A stretch of DNA of 48,499 bases. Source: Candidatus Micrarchaeota archaeon. GTDB lineage: Archaea; Micrarchaeota; Micrarchaeia; Anstonellales; Bilamarchaeaceae. Made by a program: the position numbers and the translations under genes. Below, piece after piece: positions 37,492 through 46,122 of this stretch (its first letter is position 1; the number at the start of each line of letters is the position of its first letter). The stretch covers positions 1-48,499 of the forward strand of contig JBDRPL010000030.1 of NCBI GenBank assembly GCA_043827025.1, written 5' to 3'. Under the pieces are notes generated by a model. The model saw nothing but the letters and a program-made list of their open reading frames with translations. It ran no database searches and was not told the origin of the DNA.

Positions 37492-38763
37492 CTAGCCAGA
37501 CTCGTGCGTTGCAAATATTTGTTCACCAGGCCTTACCTTACGAGCATAGCATATCCTGTCCTTTCCAGTGTCTTTTGCATAGTACATTGCCTGGTCTGCA
37601 AGAGATACCATAACCATGATTAGTTGTTTTGCCTCTGAAACATGGTCAAAATCAGGATTCGAGTCGCGAATCTTATTAAGGTCTACCTGTCTGCTATCCA
37701 TAAGATGTTTGGCTGTCCTGGCATCAACAACTCCAAAACTCGCAGTAATGTCTGTTTTATCTTTGATGTTCCTTCGAACCCTGGAAATTGCGCTCAAGGC
37801 ATTTCCTTGGTCACAACCAAGAAGAACCATGTTTTCTTCGCCACCATATCTGCCAACCAGATCACGGGAACCTTTTCTTTCCCTGACAGTTGCACGTGTG
37901 ACTAAAGCAACTTTCCTCAAAACACGATCACCTTCAGGATGACCGTATTTTTCATTAAAGTTTCTAAAGTAATCAATATCGCTCATTCCAAATGAAAAAT
38001 TGAGCTCTTCCGCAGGGGTAGATATATACCTATCTGCATATGAGATGAGACTAGTAAAGAATATGTCTCTTGTAAGCAGTTTTGTAAGAGGGTCGAGCTG
38101 CCTTGCAACCAGGGCATAAAGATTTCGTGCTGCAGAAGCAAGAAATGCCATACTGGAAAGCATGAAGAACTTCCCCTTTAATCTCAGATCCTTTCCTTTA
38201 AGGATTATGCAACCTATCAATCTATCCGAATCACTTGCTTTTAGAGGTATAATGATTTTTTGACCCTCACCACTCTCAGAATTAAAACTTACCCTACCCA
38301 GGACAAAATCACCAACTTCCAATGAAAATGAATCTATCCTCCTTCTTTTTTTGTCTACGAAAAAACCCAAAGTTCCATTGTTTGTGGCAATACACCTTCC
38401 AACCAAACTTGATTCTGTTAAACTGATGTCGGGAAGATCATGGTTTGGCTTGAGCCCATACTTTGCAGTAGTATCTAAAGACACGTAGTGCTCCAGGGTC
38501 AAAGGATCTGATTCTGAACATAGGTACAATGAAACCCCCTTAACATATCTCAATTGATCTGAAACAGTACTAAGAAAAGCGGTAACGCTGAAAGAATCCT
38601 CTGAATTCATTATGCCTGAAAGGTGATAAAGCTGAGGTCCGATTGCTGTTGGACGAGCCACAAATCTTGCAAAAAGACTGTTTCTTCTTCTTAGTTGAAG
38701 CTGTTCTAACTGAGGCAGAGCCAAGCTGGTGGATCTTCTTCCAGAGACTAATAGTTTTGTCAT
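37492..38763 (-). CDS. GGDEF-domain (diguanylate cyclase-like) protein with a possible GAF-like N-terminal domain
   Basis: DPLTKL, SDIDYFRNFNEKYGHPEGDRVL, VGRYGGEEN, TASFGV, ADQAMYYAKDTGKDRI. Confidence 0.88.
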   Translation of the reverse strand: MTKLLVSGRRSTSLALPQLEQLQLRRRNSLFARFVARPTAIGPQLYHLSGIMNSEDSFSVTAFLSTVSDQLRYVKGVSLYLCSESDPLTLEHYVSLDTTAKYGLKPNHDLPDISLTESSLVGRCIATNNGTLGFFVDKKRRRIDSFSLEVGDFVLGRVSFNSESGEGQKIIIPLKASDSDRLIGCIILKGKDLRLKGKFFMLSSMAFLASAARNLYALVARQLDPLTKLLTRDIFFTSLISYADRYISTPAEELNFSFGMSDIDYFRNFNEKYGHPEGDRVLRKVALVTRATVRERKGSRDLVGRYGGEENMVLLGCDQGNALSAISRVRRNIKDKTDITASFGVVDARTAKHLMDSRQVDLNKIRDSNPDFDHVSEAKQLIMVMVSLADQAMYYAKDTGKDRICYARKVRPGEQIFATHESG

Positions 38764-38807
38764 ATAAATATATTTTATACAACAAATACTTTAAAAGGAT
38801 ATGTTTA

Positions 38808-38898
38808 TAGCAAATAAGCAAAATATTCGGACATTTATTGCTTATTTGCTAGCTAGCAAGTTGCAAATAAAAAGTTCGATTATTTTTGCAACTTGCTA
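38808..38898. repeat. Two adjacent related inverted repeats
   Basis: TAGCAAATAAGCA...TGCTTATTTGCTA (38808-38851) and TAGCAAGTTGCAAA...TTTGCAACTTGCTA (38854-38898). Confidence 0.8.
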
Positions 38899-38916
38899 TT
38901 AGAGCAAAAATAAGAG

Positions 38917-38971
38917 AAAAACGCCAGCAGGCCTGAACTGCAGTTCAGGAGCTAGCATTTTGTAAACAAAA
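38917..38971 (-). repeat. tRNA-Ser 3' trailer element
   Basis: TTTTGTTTACAAAA-TGCTAGC-T-CCTGAACTGCAGTTCAGG-CCT-GCTGGCG-TTTTT; CTGGCGTTTT duplicated. Confidence 0.7.
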
Positions 38972-39151
38972 CGCCAGGAGCAGGATTTGAACCTACAATC
39001 CTTTCGGACTCGCTAACTCTTTTTGATTACCGATTGAAACCCGAATGGGTTCAATGGTCCATTGAACGCTTTGCGTTCAATCGGAAACTTTTTAGGTTAA
39101 CCGAAAAAGTTTATTCGAGGCGAGCGCACTACCGGATTATGCGACCCTGGC
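38972..39151 (-). tRNA. tRNA-Ser(CGA) with a 99-nt canonical 37/38 intron (39015-39113)
   Basis: Spliced form GCCAGGGTCGCATAATCCGGTAGTGCGCTCGCCTCGAAAGCGAGTCCGAAAGGATTGTAGGTTCAAATCCTGCTCCTGGCG, with long variable arm. Confidence 0.9.
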
Positions 39152-39211
39152 AAACGAATGTTAAAGATTAGAACCCAAGAGAATAAAAAATATGCGCTAG
39201 ACAATAATAGC

Positions 39212-39877
39212 ATGATAGTCCTTAATCTCAAAACATATCAGGAGAGCATTGAGAAAACAATGCAGTTTGTAGAAATTGCTGAAGAAGTGGCGATAAAAAC
39301 AAAGGTCAGGATAATTGTCTGCCCACCTGTAACGTCACTCGCAAACGCTGCATGGCATTATGCAGGATTCAGATGCTCTGAAACCTATGCGCAACATGTT
39401 GATCATACAGGGCTTGGAGCACATACAGGTTCAATTCCTGCAGAAGCACTCAAATACCTAAAGGTCAAGGGCTCGCTTGTAAACCATTCTGAGAAGAGAA
39501 TCGGAATGGAAAATATAGCAAAAACCATTGAATCACTCCACAAGAACGGCCTTGAAAGCTTAGTGTGTGCAGAAAGCCCAAAGGAAGCTGAAACAATAGC
39601 AAAACTCAATCCAAAATACATTGCAATAGAGCCTCCTGAATTGATTGGAAGTGGAATAAGCGTTTCCAATGCAAAGCCTGAAGTTGTTACGAATACAGTC
39701 AAACTAATCGAAAAGGCCAATCCAAAAGTAATTGTATTGTGCGGCGCAGGAGTCAGCAACAAGGAAGACACAAAGAAGGCATTGCAGCTCGGTGCAAAGG
39801 GAGTTCTATTGGCAAGTGCATTCGTAAAGGCCAAGAACCCTAAGAAATTCCTTGAAGAACTGGTGAGTGTGTTCTAA
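39212..39877 (+). CDS. tpiA: Triosephosphate isomerase (archaeal type)
   Basis: VLNLKTY, AQHVD, GAHTG, LVNHSEKR, AIEPPELIGSG, LCGAGV, GVLLAS. Confidence 0.95.
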   Translation: MIVLNLKTYQESIEKTMQFVEIAEEVAIKTKVRIIVCPPVTSLANAAWHYAGFRCSETYAQHVDHTGLGAHTGSIPAEALKYLKVKGSLVNHSEKRIGMENIAKTIESLHKNGLESLVCAESPKEAETIAKLNPKYIAIEPPELIGSGISVSNAKPEVVTNTVKLIEKANPKVIVLCGAGVSNKEDTKKALQLGAKGVLLASAFVKAKNPKKFLEELVSVF

Positions 39878-39892
39878 TAAAAAGAAATTGAA

Positions 39893-40008
39893 TGCGATGG
39901 CCGAGATTGACAGCTCTGCTGGCAAAAAGAAAAGCGCCAGCTTTTCAGCTTTTGAACTCGGGTCACAGGCTTGGAAAGCCCAGATCCTGACCACTAGACT
40001 ACCATCGC
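39893..40008 (-). tRNA. tRNA-Gly(UCC) with a 44-nt T-loop intron (about 59/60; 39907-39950)
   Basis: Spliced form GCGATGGTAGTCTAGTGGTCAGGATCTGGGCTTTCCAAGCCTGTGACCCGAGTTCAAATCTCGGCCATCGCA; intron hairpin GCTGGC/GCCAGC. Confidence 0.9.
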
Positions 40009-40153
40009 ATAAACCTCTTTTGGTTAACCAAAGAAATTTAATCAAGAAATTTTTGTGGGGCAAATATTTTATAAAACTGAGCTTATGGACCTTGTGAAGA
40101 GTAAATATGGTTTGTAAACAAAAGTTTAAATTAAACGTCCCCCTAGTATTTCC

Positions 40154-41332
40154 ATGTATCCAAACTCTTTTCTGAAGCCAAACTGGATTTTGATTGCAGG
40201 TATGCTCCTTATTTTCATGTTCGCAGGATGCACTTCGAATAACGATATTGAGCCAACTATTCAAGAACCTGTAAAAAAGGTTGAGACTCCGAAGAATGAG
40301 GTGCCTGTGGAAAAACCAGAAGTCGAACAGCAGATAATCAAAAACGAAAGCAAAGCAATTGAAGAGAACAAAACCACTGCGGCTCCAGTAAAGGAAGAGC
40401 CAATAATCGAAAGAGGAACTATTGATCCTGATTTTGAAGTTGTAACATATAATTGGGAAAAAACAGAATTCGGCACAACCATCTTTGGAGACAACCACAT
40501 ATCTGGAAAACCAAGAATTATTGAAGTGAATATGCTTGGGGAAATAGTCTGGAAATATGACCTGCCTTCTGAATGGAGCCAATATACCAATCCAGGGTTT
40601 GATGTTGAAGTCCTAAAATCAAATAACATACTTTTCGTACTCCCGAGGAAAGGAGTGTTTGAGATAGACAGAAGCGGAAAAATAGTTTGGTCATATCTTG
40701 ATTCGAAGATATCGCATGATGCAGATAGACTGGAGAATGGGAATACAATATTTGCATTTGGAGCATATGATGAGCAAAACGATGTGCAGGTCAAGGAAGT
40801 GGATAAGAACGGAAAAATAGTTTGGTCCTGGTCTGCAAAAAGCGCATTCATAGATGAGCAATACAAAAGCATCTCAGACCAAGGCTGGACCCATACGAAT
40901 GCAGTCATAAGGCTGGACAATGGAAATACATTGTTAAGCATGAGGAATTTCAACCTCCTTGCAGAAATAGATCCTTCTGGAAGGCTTGTGAGGACTATTG
41001 AAAACGATAAATTCTATTATCAGCATGATCCAGAAGTAGAGGGCAATGGAACGATATTGATGGCAAACCATGTTACTCCTAATGAGGTTATTGAGATAGA
41101 CAAGGAAGGAAACATCCTGTGGAAATACATAATTCGAGAAAAAGAATCGTGGCCTGTAAGGGATGCTGATAGGCTGGCTAATGGAAATATCCTAGTTACA
41201 GGAACAGACAGAATAACTGAAATAACCCGGGATAGAGAGATTGTTTGGGATTTCAGGATTCGCAATGCACAGTTCACAAAGGAAACTGCTGCAGCAAGAG
41301 GATTCTATAAGGCTGAAAGGATAGCAAAATAG
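40154..41332 (+). CDS. Lipoprotein, arylsulfotransferase (ASST)-like beta-propeller
   Basis: FAGC lipobox; repeated EID..G.IVW.Y blades; ISHDAD, WTHTNAV, QHDP. Confidence 0.75.
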   Translation: MYPNSFLKPNWILIAGMLLIFMFAGCTSNNDIEPTIQEPVKKVETPKNEVPVEKPEVEQQIIKNESKAIEENKTTAAPVKEEPIIERGTIDPDFEVVTYNWEKTEFGTTIFGDNHISGKPRIIEVNMLGEIVWKYDLPSEWSQYTNPGFDVEVLKSNNILFVLPRKGVFEIDRSGKIVWSYLDSKISHDADRLENGNTIFAFGAYDEQNDVQVKEVDKNGKIVWSWSAKSAFIDEQYKSISDQGWTHTNAVIRLDNGNTLLSMRNFNLLAEIDPSGRLVRTIENDKFYYQHDPEVEGNGTILMANHVTPNEVIEIDKEGNILWKYIIREKESWPVRDADRLANGNILVTGTDRITEITRDREIVWDFRIRNAQFTKETAAARGFYKAERIAK

Positions 41333-41336
41333 ATTC

Positions 41337-41912
41337 TTAGAGCTCGGATTTTTTATTTTTCTTTGACCGTACCACCACTTCAGAAATCCTCCTATTTCTG
41401 GTTTCATCAGTCTTCGCACCAATGACCCAGCCGACATATATGTTCTTCTGGCTGTTGCTCAATTTGTTGAAGTTTTCAAATGCTTTCTTATGCTTTGACA
41501 AAGCCCTCCTGAGGTCCATGGGAACATCAATTAGTATTTTGGATGTATATGCCTTATCCCACTCGCCGTTTTTCTTAGCTTCTTCAATTGTCCTAAGACC
41601 TTCTGCAGTCATTCTGCCTTCATCAATCATCTTCCTGGCCTTGTTTTTGTTTATCAACGACCAGACACTCCCTTTCTTCCTAGGAGTGAAACGAGTCACG
41701 TGCCGTTCATGGTCAATCCTTTTTAATATGCAATCTATCCATCCGAAGCAAATCGCTTCATCCACAGCATCCTTGTACTCCAGCCAACCCTTGTTGGTGT
41801 GCTTTTTATGGAATCCGAGCCAAAGCTCTTTCTTTGTTTTGTGGTTTTTCAAAAGCCAGTCTCTGAATTCTTTTCGGGACTTGAAATATATTGTTTCGCC
41901 GATCTCGACCAT
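41337..41912 (-). CDS. YdeI/OmpD-associated family protein
   Basis: FRDWL, AVDEAICFGWID, FTPRKKGSVWS.IN, GRMTAEG, AKTDETRNRRI. Confidence 0.88.
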   Translation of the reverse strand: MVEIGETIYFKSRKEFRDWLLKNHKTKKELWLGFHKKHTNKGWLEYKDAVDEAICFGWIDCILKRIDHERHVTRFTPRKKGSVWSLINKNKARKMIDEGRMTAEGLRTIEEAKKNGEWDKAYTSKILIDVPMDLRRALSKHKKAFENFNKLSNSQKNIYVGWVIGAKTDETRNRRISEVVVRSKKNKKSEL

Positions 41913-42040
41913 AATTCAAGGATAACTGCATCAGGATTAATAATCATTGGCTTGGACTTGGCTTCCGCACCCGGAAGTCTACTGTTCCGAAAACCTAATT
42001 AACAACCAAAAACAGAATCTACTTAGAAATCATATTAAAG

Positions 42041-42517
42041 GTGAAATGTATGGAAGTCCAGGAAGTAGAAATGAAACCGCAATTGGTTCTGGGAATGATA
42101 AAGAAGGGAAGCTATAAGGAAATACCAAAAATGATTGAAAAGCTGTGCAAGCACGCTGTGAAGAAAGGGACACAGATGGCTGGCGCTCCGATATTCGTTT
42201 GCCATGAGATGAGCAAGGATGAAGTGGTAGAGCTAAATAAACAGGGCTGTGCAAATGTCGAGGTTGTGGTACCTGTCGCTTCAAAGATTAAGGGAACCAA
42301 GGACATCGAATGCTATGAAATGTCAGGAGGAAAGATGGCAAAGGTGATTAATAAGGGTCCTTATGACAAATGCGATTCCGCATACAATGCGCTGTTCGAA
42401 TGGATTGGCAAAAATGGGAAGGCAATAAGAGGGCATTGTAGGGAAGTTTATCTGAATGACCCTAAGACCGTCGAAAAGGAAGAAATATTGACTGAGATCT
42501 ATGCGCCCATAAACTAG
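42041..42517 (+). CDS. GyrI-like small-molecule-binding domain protein
   Basis: KGPYDKCDSAYNALFEWI, REVYLNDP...TEIYAPI. Confidence 0.85.
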   Translation: MKCMEVQEVEMKPQLVLGMIKKGSYKEIPKMIEKLCKHAVKKGTQMAGAPIFVCHEMSKDEVVELNKQGCANVEVVVPVASKIKGTKDIECYEMSGGKMAKVINKGPYDKCDSAYNALFEWIGKNGKAIRGHCREVYLNDPKTVEKEEILTEIYAPIN

Positions 42518-42550
42518 TTTTGCCAAATTAGGTGACCAAAACGCTTGTTT

Positions 42551-43234
42551 TTATTTTTTACCTTTCAGCCTATTCTGAACAGCCCCGCTTTCCAACTCCC
42601 TCAATGCATCTTTTGCAATCCATTTTGCACATTTGGAATCGACCTGCTCAATTTCCTTTGCCGTGCGGATTGCTGTAATATTCAAAATTTTGTTCTTCTT
42701 TCCAATCTGCCTAAGCGCCCAGTTCACTGCCTTCTTGACGAAGTTACGTTCATCCTTGGATTCCCTTCGGATTATTGGCATGTATCCAAGGAATTGCTTG
42801 TCTTCTGCGTTCTTATTATGGAGAACCAGGCAAGCCATAAGCACAAAACCTGCGCGCTTCACGAATTCGCTCTTTCTCGAAGCCCATTCAAGGGCTTTCT
42901 TATGAGCAAACGGAGTCTTGGCAAATACACTGTTGCAAACCTGGTCGCAGATATCCCAGGAATCAAAATCATTGACCCATCTTTCCATCTGGAATTCTGT
43001 AACTTGATTATAGTCCTCGACAAAGGCTGCTAAAATCCTTGCCTCATGAATTCCTGATTCCCAAAGTTTCAAAGCAAGATCATGGCCCTTTCCAATTTCT
43101 TTTCCGATTGCCCTTAGGTCATAGACAGAAATTCCAAGAGTATTCTTTGGATTTATACCAAAACGAACCATCCCATCAACATTCTTTTCATTGGCCATGG
43201 ACTTCAGTTTCTGGATCAATTGCCTTATCTCCAT
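42551..43234 (-). CDS. DNA alkylation repair protein (AlkD-like HEAT-repeat glycosylase)
   Basis: LWESGIHEAR, DFDSWDICD, EFVKRAGF, DERNFVKKAVNWALRQIGK. Confidence 0.88.
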   Translation of the reverse strand: MEIRQLIQKLKSMANEKNVDGMVRFGINPKNTLGISVYDLRAIGKEIGKGHDLALKLWESGIHEARILAAFVEDYNQVTEFQMERWVNDFDSWDICDQVCNSVFAKTPFAHKKALEWASRKSEFVKRAGFVLMACLVLHNKNAEDKQFLGYMPIIRRESKDERNFVKKAVNWALRQIGKKNKILNITAIRTAKEIEQVDSKCAKWIAKDALRELESGAVQNRLKGKK

Positions 43235-43239
43235 CAGAA

Positions 43240-43605
43240 TCACAGTTTGAGTTTTTTCAATGCATCCAAAATCAAAAGCGCGCATTTCAACCTAGTTGGA
43301 TTTTTTGTAAGATCGACACCAAGAAGCTCGATGACCTTTTCCTTATTTACTTTCTTAGCCTCATCAATTGACTTGCCTTTCAGGTACTCAGTGACAAGCG
43401 AGGAAGATGCCGTGCAAATGGCGCAGGACTGTCCCTTGAATTTTATATCTGTTATTCTGCCATTGCTAGCTTTCTTGATATAAAGGTCAACTTCGTCTCC
43501 ACAGCTGACATTGGACACTTGTGACTTCAAGTCAGCATCCTTTAACTCCCCAAAATTAAGAGGATTCTTATAAAGCCGGATCAACCGCTCACGATATACA
43601 TCCAT
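43240..43605 (-). CDS. sufU: IscU/SufU (NifU-N) Fe-S scaffold
   Basis: NP.NFG, NVSCGDEV, GQSCAICTASSS, PTRLKCALL. Confidence 0.88.
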   Translation of the reverse strand: MDVYRERLIRLYKNPLNFGELKDADLKSQVSNVSCGDEVDLYIKKASNGRITDIKFKGQSCAICTASSSLVTEYLKGKSIDEAKKVNKEKVIELLGVDLTKNPTRLKCALLILDALKKLKL

Positions 43606-44341
43606 TGCAACCCTCACATTTAGCACAGCACTGGCTCTCCATGCATTTGAAACCATTCTTATCTATCTCATCAATTACCTCATTTCCGCCATGGCCAAAC
43701 AATTTGCCTTCCTTCATCAGGAAAACCCTATCAGGTGAAAGGCATTTCAATAATCGGGTTTGATGGGTTATGACCAATATTGTAGCTCCTTGCGCCTTCA
43801 ACTTTAATAAGATACGGACAAGCACTTTGAATCCATCCACATCCAGGCCAGAATCTATCTCATCAAGAAGAACAAGTTTCGGATTTGAATGGAGGAGCTG
43901 AAGCAGTTCTGATCGTTTCTTCTCCCCTCCTGAAAAACCAACATTCACAGATCTGTCAACGGAACCTTCACCCAGGCCAAGCTCTTTGGCATCGCAAACA
44001 ACCTTATTCTTTAGGAGGATGAGGTCTGATCCACTATTCATCTTTGAGATGATATTCATCAAATTAACCCCATCAACTGGCGGAGGCTCCTGGAAAGTCA
44101 TAAACATGCCAAGCTTTGCACGCTCAGAAGTATTCATCTTTGAGATATCCATGTTATCAAACAGAATCTTTCCTTTGGTGGAATAATCTGGATGGCCCAT
44201 TATTGCCTTGCATAATGTACTTTTACCTGAACCGTTCGGGCCCATTATCACAGAAATATGGCCTGACTGCAATCTCAGCGAAATCGAATCTATTAGAACC
44301 TTGTTCCTGAATGAAACTGTCAGTTTGTCAAGTGTAAACAT
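43589..44341 (-). CDS. sufC: Fe-S cluster assembly ATPase SufC with a Cys-rich C-terminal tail
   Basis: MGPNGSGKSTL...GHPDY, FQEP, NVGFSGGEKKRSE, LDEIDSGLDVD, ITH; start at MFTLDK chosen. Confidence 0.93.
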   Translation of the reverse strand: MFTLDKLTVSFRNKVLIDSISLRLQSGHISVIMGPNGSGKSTLCKAIMGHPDYSTKGKILFDNMDISKMNTSERAKLGMFMTFQEPPPVDGVNLMNIISKMNSGSDLILLKNKVVCDAKELGLGEGSVDRSVNVGFSGGEKKRSELLQLLHSNPKLVLLDEIDSGLDVDGFKVLVRILLKLKAQGATILVITHQTRLLKCLSPDRVFLMKEGKLFGHGGNEVIDEIDKNGFKCMESQCCAKCEGCNGCIS

Positions 44342-44432
44342 GTATGGTATTTTAGTTAGTGGTTTTTTTAATGCTTGACTCACCAAGAGGTAAGCGCTAA
44401 CTTTTAAACTGGTAATCTGGAAAACCAGGAAT

Positions 44433-45782
44433 ATGGAGAATCTGGAGAAGAAAAAGGCAAGAGAACTAGTCATGAAAATATCCAAGGAAAAGAAAGACCC
44501 AAAATGGATGCTTGACTTGAGATTAGAAGCTCTTGAGATTTTCTTCAAGAAAACCCTGCCAAAATGGATGCCTGATATTAGCGGACTTGACCTGAAAAAA
44601 CTCACCTATTATCTCAAGCCTTTTGATAAGGCAGTGCAGGATTGGAACAAGGTCCCTAAGGAAATAAAAAAGCAGTTCGATGACCTTGGCATTCCTGAGG
44701 CTGAAAAACAACATCTTGCAGGCTCAGGAGCGCAATATGAATCAGAAGTAATTTACCATAAAATAAAAGAACAGTGGGAAAGGCAAGGTGTCATATTCAA
44801 GGATATGGGTTCAGCAGTAAAGGAGAATCCTGAAATTGTGAAAAAATATTTCGGAAAGTTGGTGCCTGCAAGCGACAACCTATTCGCTGCATTGAATACT
44901 GCATTCTGGAGCGGAGGCTCATTTGTCTTTGTTCCAAAAGGCGTGAAAGTCGAGATACCCATACAAATGTATTTTAAGATAAATTCCGCGAGATTCGGCC
45001 AGTTCGAAAGGACGCTGATAATCGGCGAGGAGGGCAGTGAATTCCAATATGTGGAAGGATGTACTGCACCATCTCATAGCACTGCTTCGCTCCATGCCGC
45101 AGTAGTTGAAGTATTCGTTCACAAGGATTCTCATGCCAAATACACAACAATCCAGAACTGGTCTTCAAACATCTACAATCTTGTAACAAAACGAGCAATT
45201 GCATACGAAAACGCTTATGTAGAATGGGTGGACGGAAACATTGGTTCAAAAGTCACTTGCAAATACCCCTCAATAATCTTAAAAGGAAGGGGCGCAAGGG
45301 CTGAAATACTAAGTGTAGCTTATGCGAAGAAAGGACAAATACAGGATACTGGCGCAAAGGCCATTCACCTGGCTCCTGACACTTCTTCAAAGATAATATC
45401 AAAAGGAATTTGCAAAGAAGGCGGAAAACAGGTGTTCCGGGGCCTCATAAAGGTTGCAAAGGGCGCAATAGGAACCAAAGCCAACATGGTCTGCGACAGC
45501 CTCATAGTTGACAATAATAATTCAACAGCTGATGCAATGCCTGAACTCAGAATAAACGAACAGGATGTAAGCGTATCGCACGAGGCAAAAGTCGGAAAAA
45601 TAGGCGAGGACCAATTATTTTATTTAATGACAAGAGGCCTTACAGAAGCTGAGGCTATATCAACGATAGTCCTTGGATTCGTAGAGCCTTTTGCAAAAGA
45701 ACTACCAATGGAATACGCTGTTGAATTGAACAGGCTGATACAATCTGATATGAGACAGGTCCCTGCTCATGGCGGAAAATAG
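44433..45782 (+). CDS. sufB: Fe-S cluster assembly protein SufB
   Basis: LGIPEAE, GAQYESE, ALNTAFWSGGSF, GQFERTLI, YVEGCTAP, LHAAVVE, YTTIQNWS, HEAKVGKI, LPMEYAVE. Confidence 0.96.
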   Translation: MENLEKKKARELVMKISKEKKDPKWMLDLRLEALEIFFKKTLPKWMPDISGLDLKKLTYYLKPFDKAVQDWNKVPKEIKKQFDDLGIPEAEKQHLAGSGAQYESEVIYHKIKEQWERQGVIFKDMGSAVKENPEIVKKYFGKLVPASDNLFAALNTAFWSGGSFVFVPKGVKVEIPIQMYFKINSARFGQFERTLIIGEEGSEFQYVEGCTAPSHSTASLHAAVVEVFVHKDSHAKYTTIQNWSSNIYNLVTKRAIAYENAYVEWVDGNIGSKVTCKYPSIILKGRGARAEILSVAYAKKGQIQDTGAKAIHLAPDTSSKIISKGICKEGGKQVFRGLIKVAKGAIGTKANMVCDSLIVDNNNSTADAMPELRINEQDVSVSHEAKVGKIGEDQLFYLMTRGLTEAEAISTIVLGFVEPFAKELPMEYAVELNRLIQSDMRQVPAHGGK

Positions 45783-45839
45783 ATTTACATAAACACTAAT
45801 ATTTTTAAGCTTGGAATTTGATAGTATACTGGTGTTGAA

Positions 45840-46109
45840 ATGCAAAATTATTGTCCCAAGTGCAAGAAATGGATGGCTTTTGGAAAGGTAGATAAAACAG
45901 GGATAATCCAAAAAGAGCTTAGAACGAAGGGCATAGAAAAAAGCCGAGAGGAGATATACTACCAAATTGAACAAAAAGATCCAAAAGAAGCGCAGAAACT
46001 CATTAGAGGATACTATAATAGAAATAAACTTATCCCTGCAGACGATGATTGGAATGGCGTCTGCCCAAAATGCAAAACCAAATGCATTGGAAAAGATGAA
46101 ACTGAATAA
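45840..46109 (+). CDS. Small zinc-binding protein
   Basis: YCPKCKKW.AFG ... CPKC. Confidence 0.65.
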   Translation: MQNYCPKCKKWMAFGKVDKTGIIQKELRTKGIEKSREEIYYQIEQKDPKEAQKLIRGYYNRNKLIPADDDWNGVCPKCKTKCIGKDETE

Positions 46110-46122
46110 AAAAGGTGAAGAT

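Noticed and set aside
20858..38763. M-x-K-L N-termini in several accessory proteins as a targeting signal
   Set aside because: Too short, and also present in housekeeping Nfo
38917..38981. tRNA 3'-end duplications as prophage or island att sites
   Set aside because: The copies are only about 50 bp apart, with no integrase or cargo between them
44342..44605. 88-aa N-terminal extension of SufC in the ORF track
   Set aside because: It overlaps sufB on the opposite strand; SufC homology starts at MFTLDK (44341)
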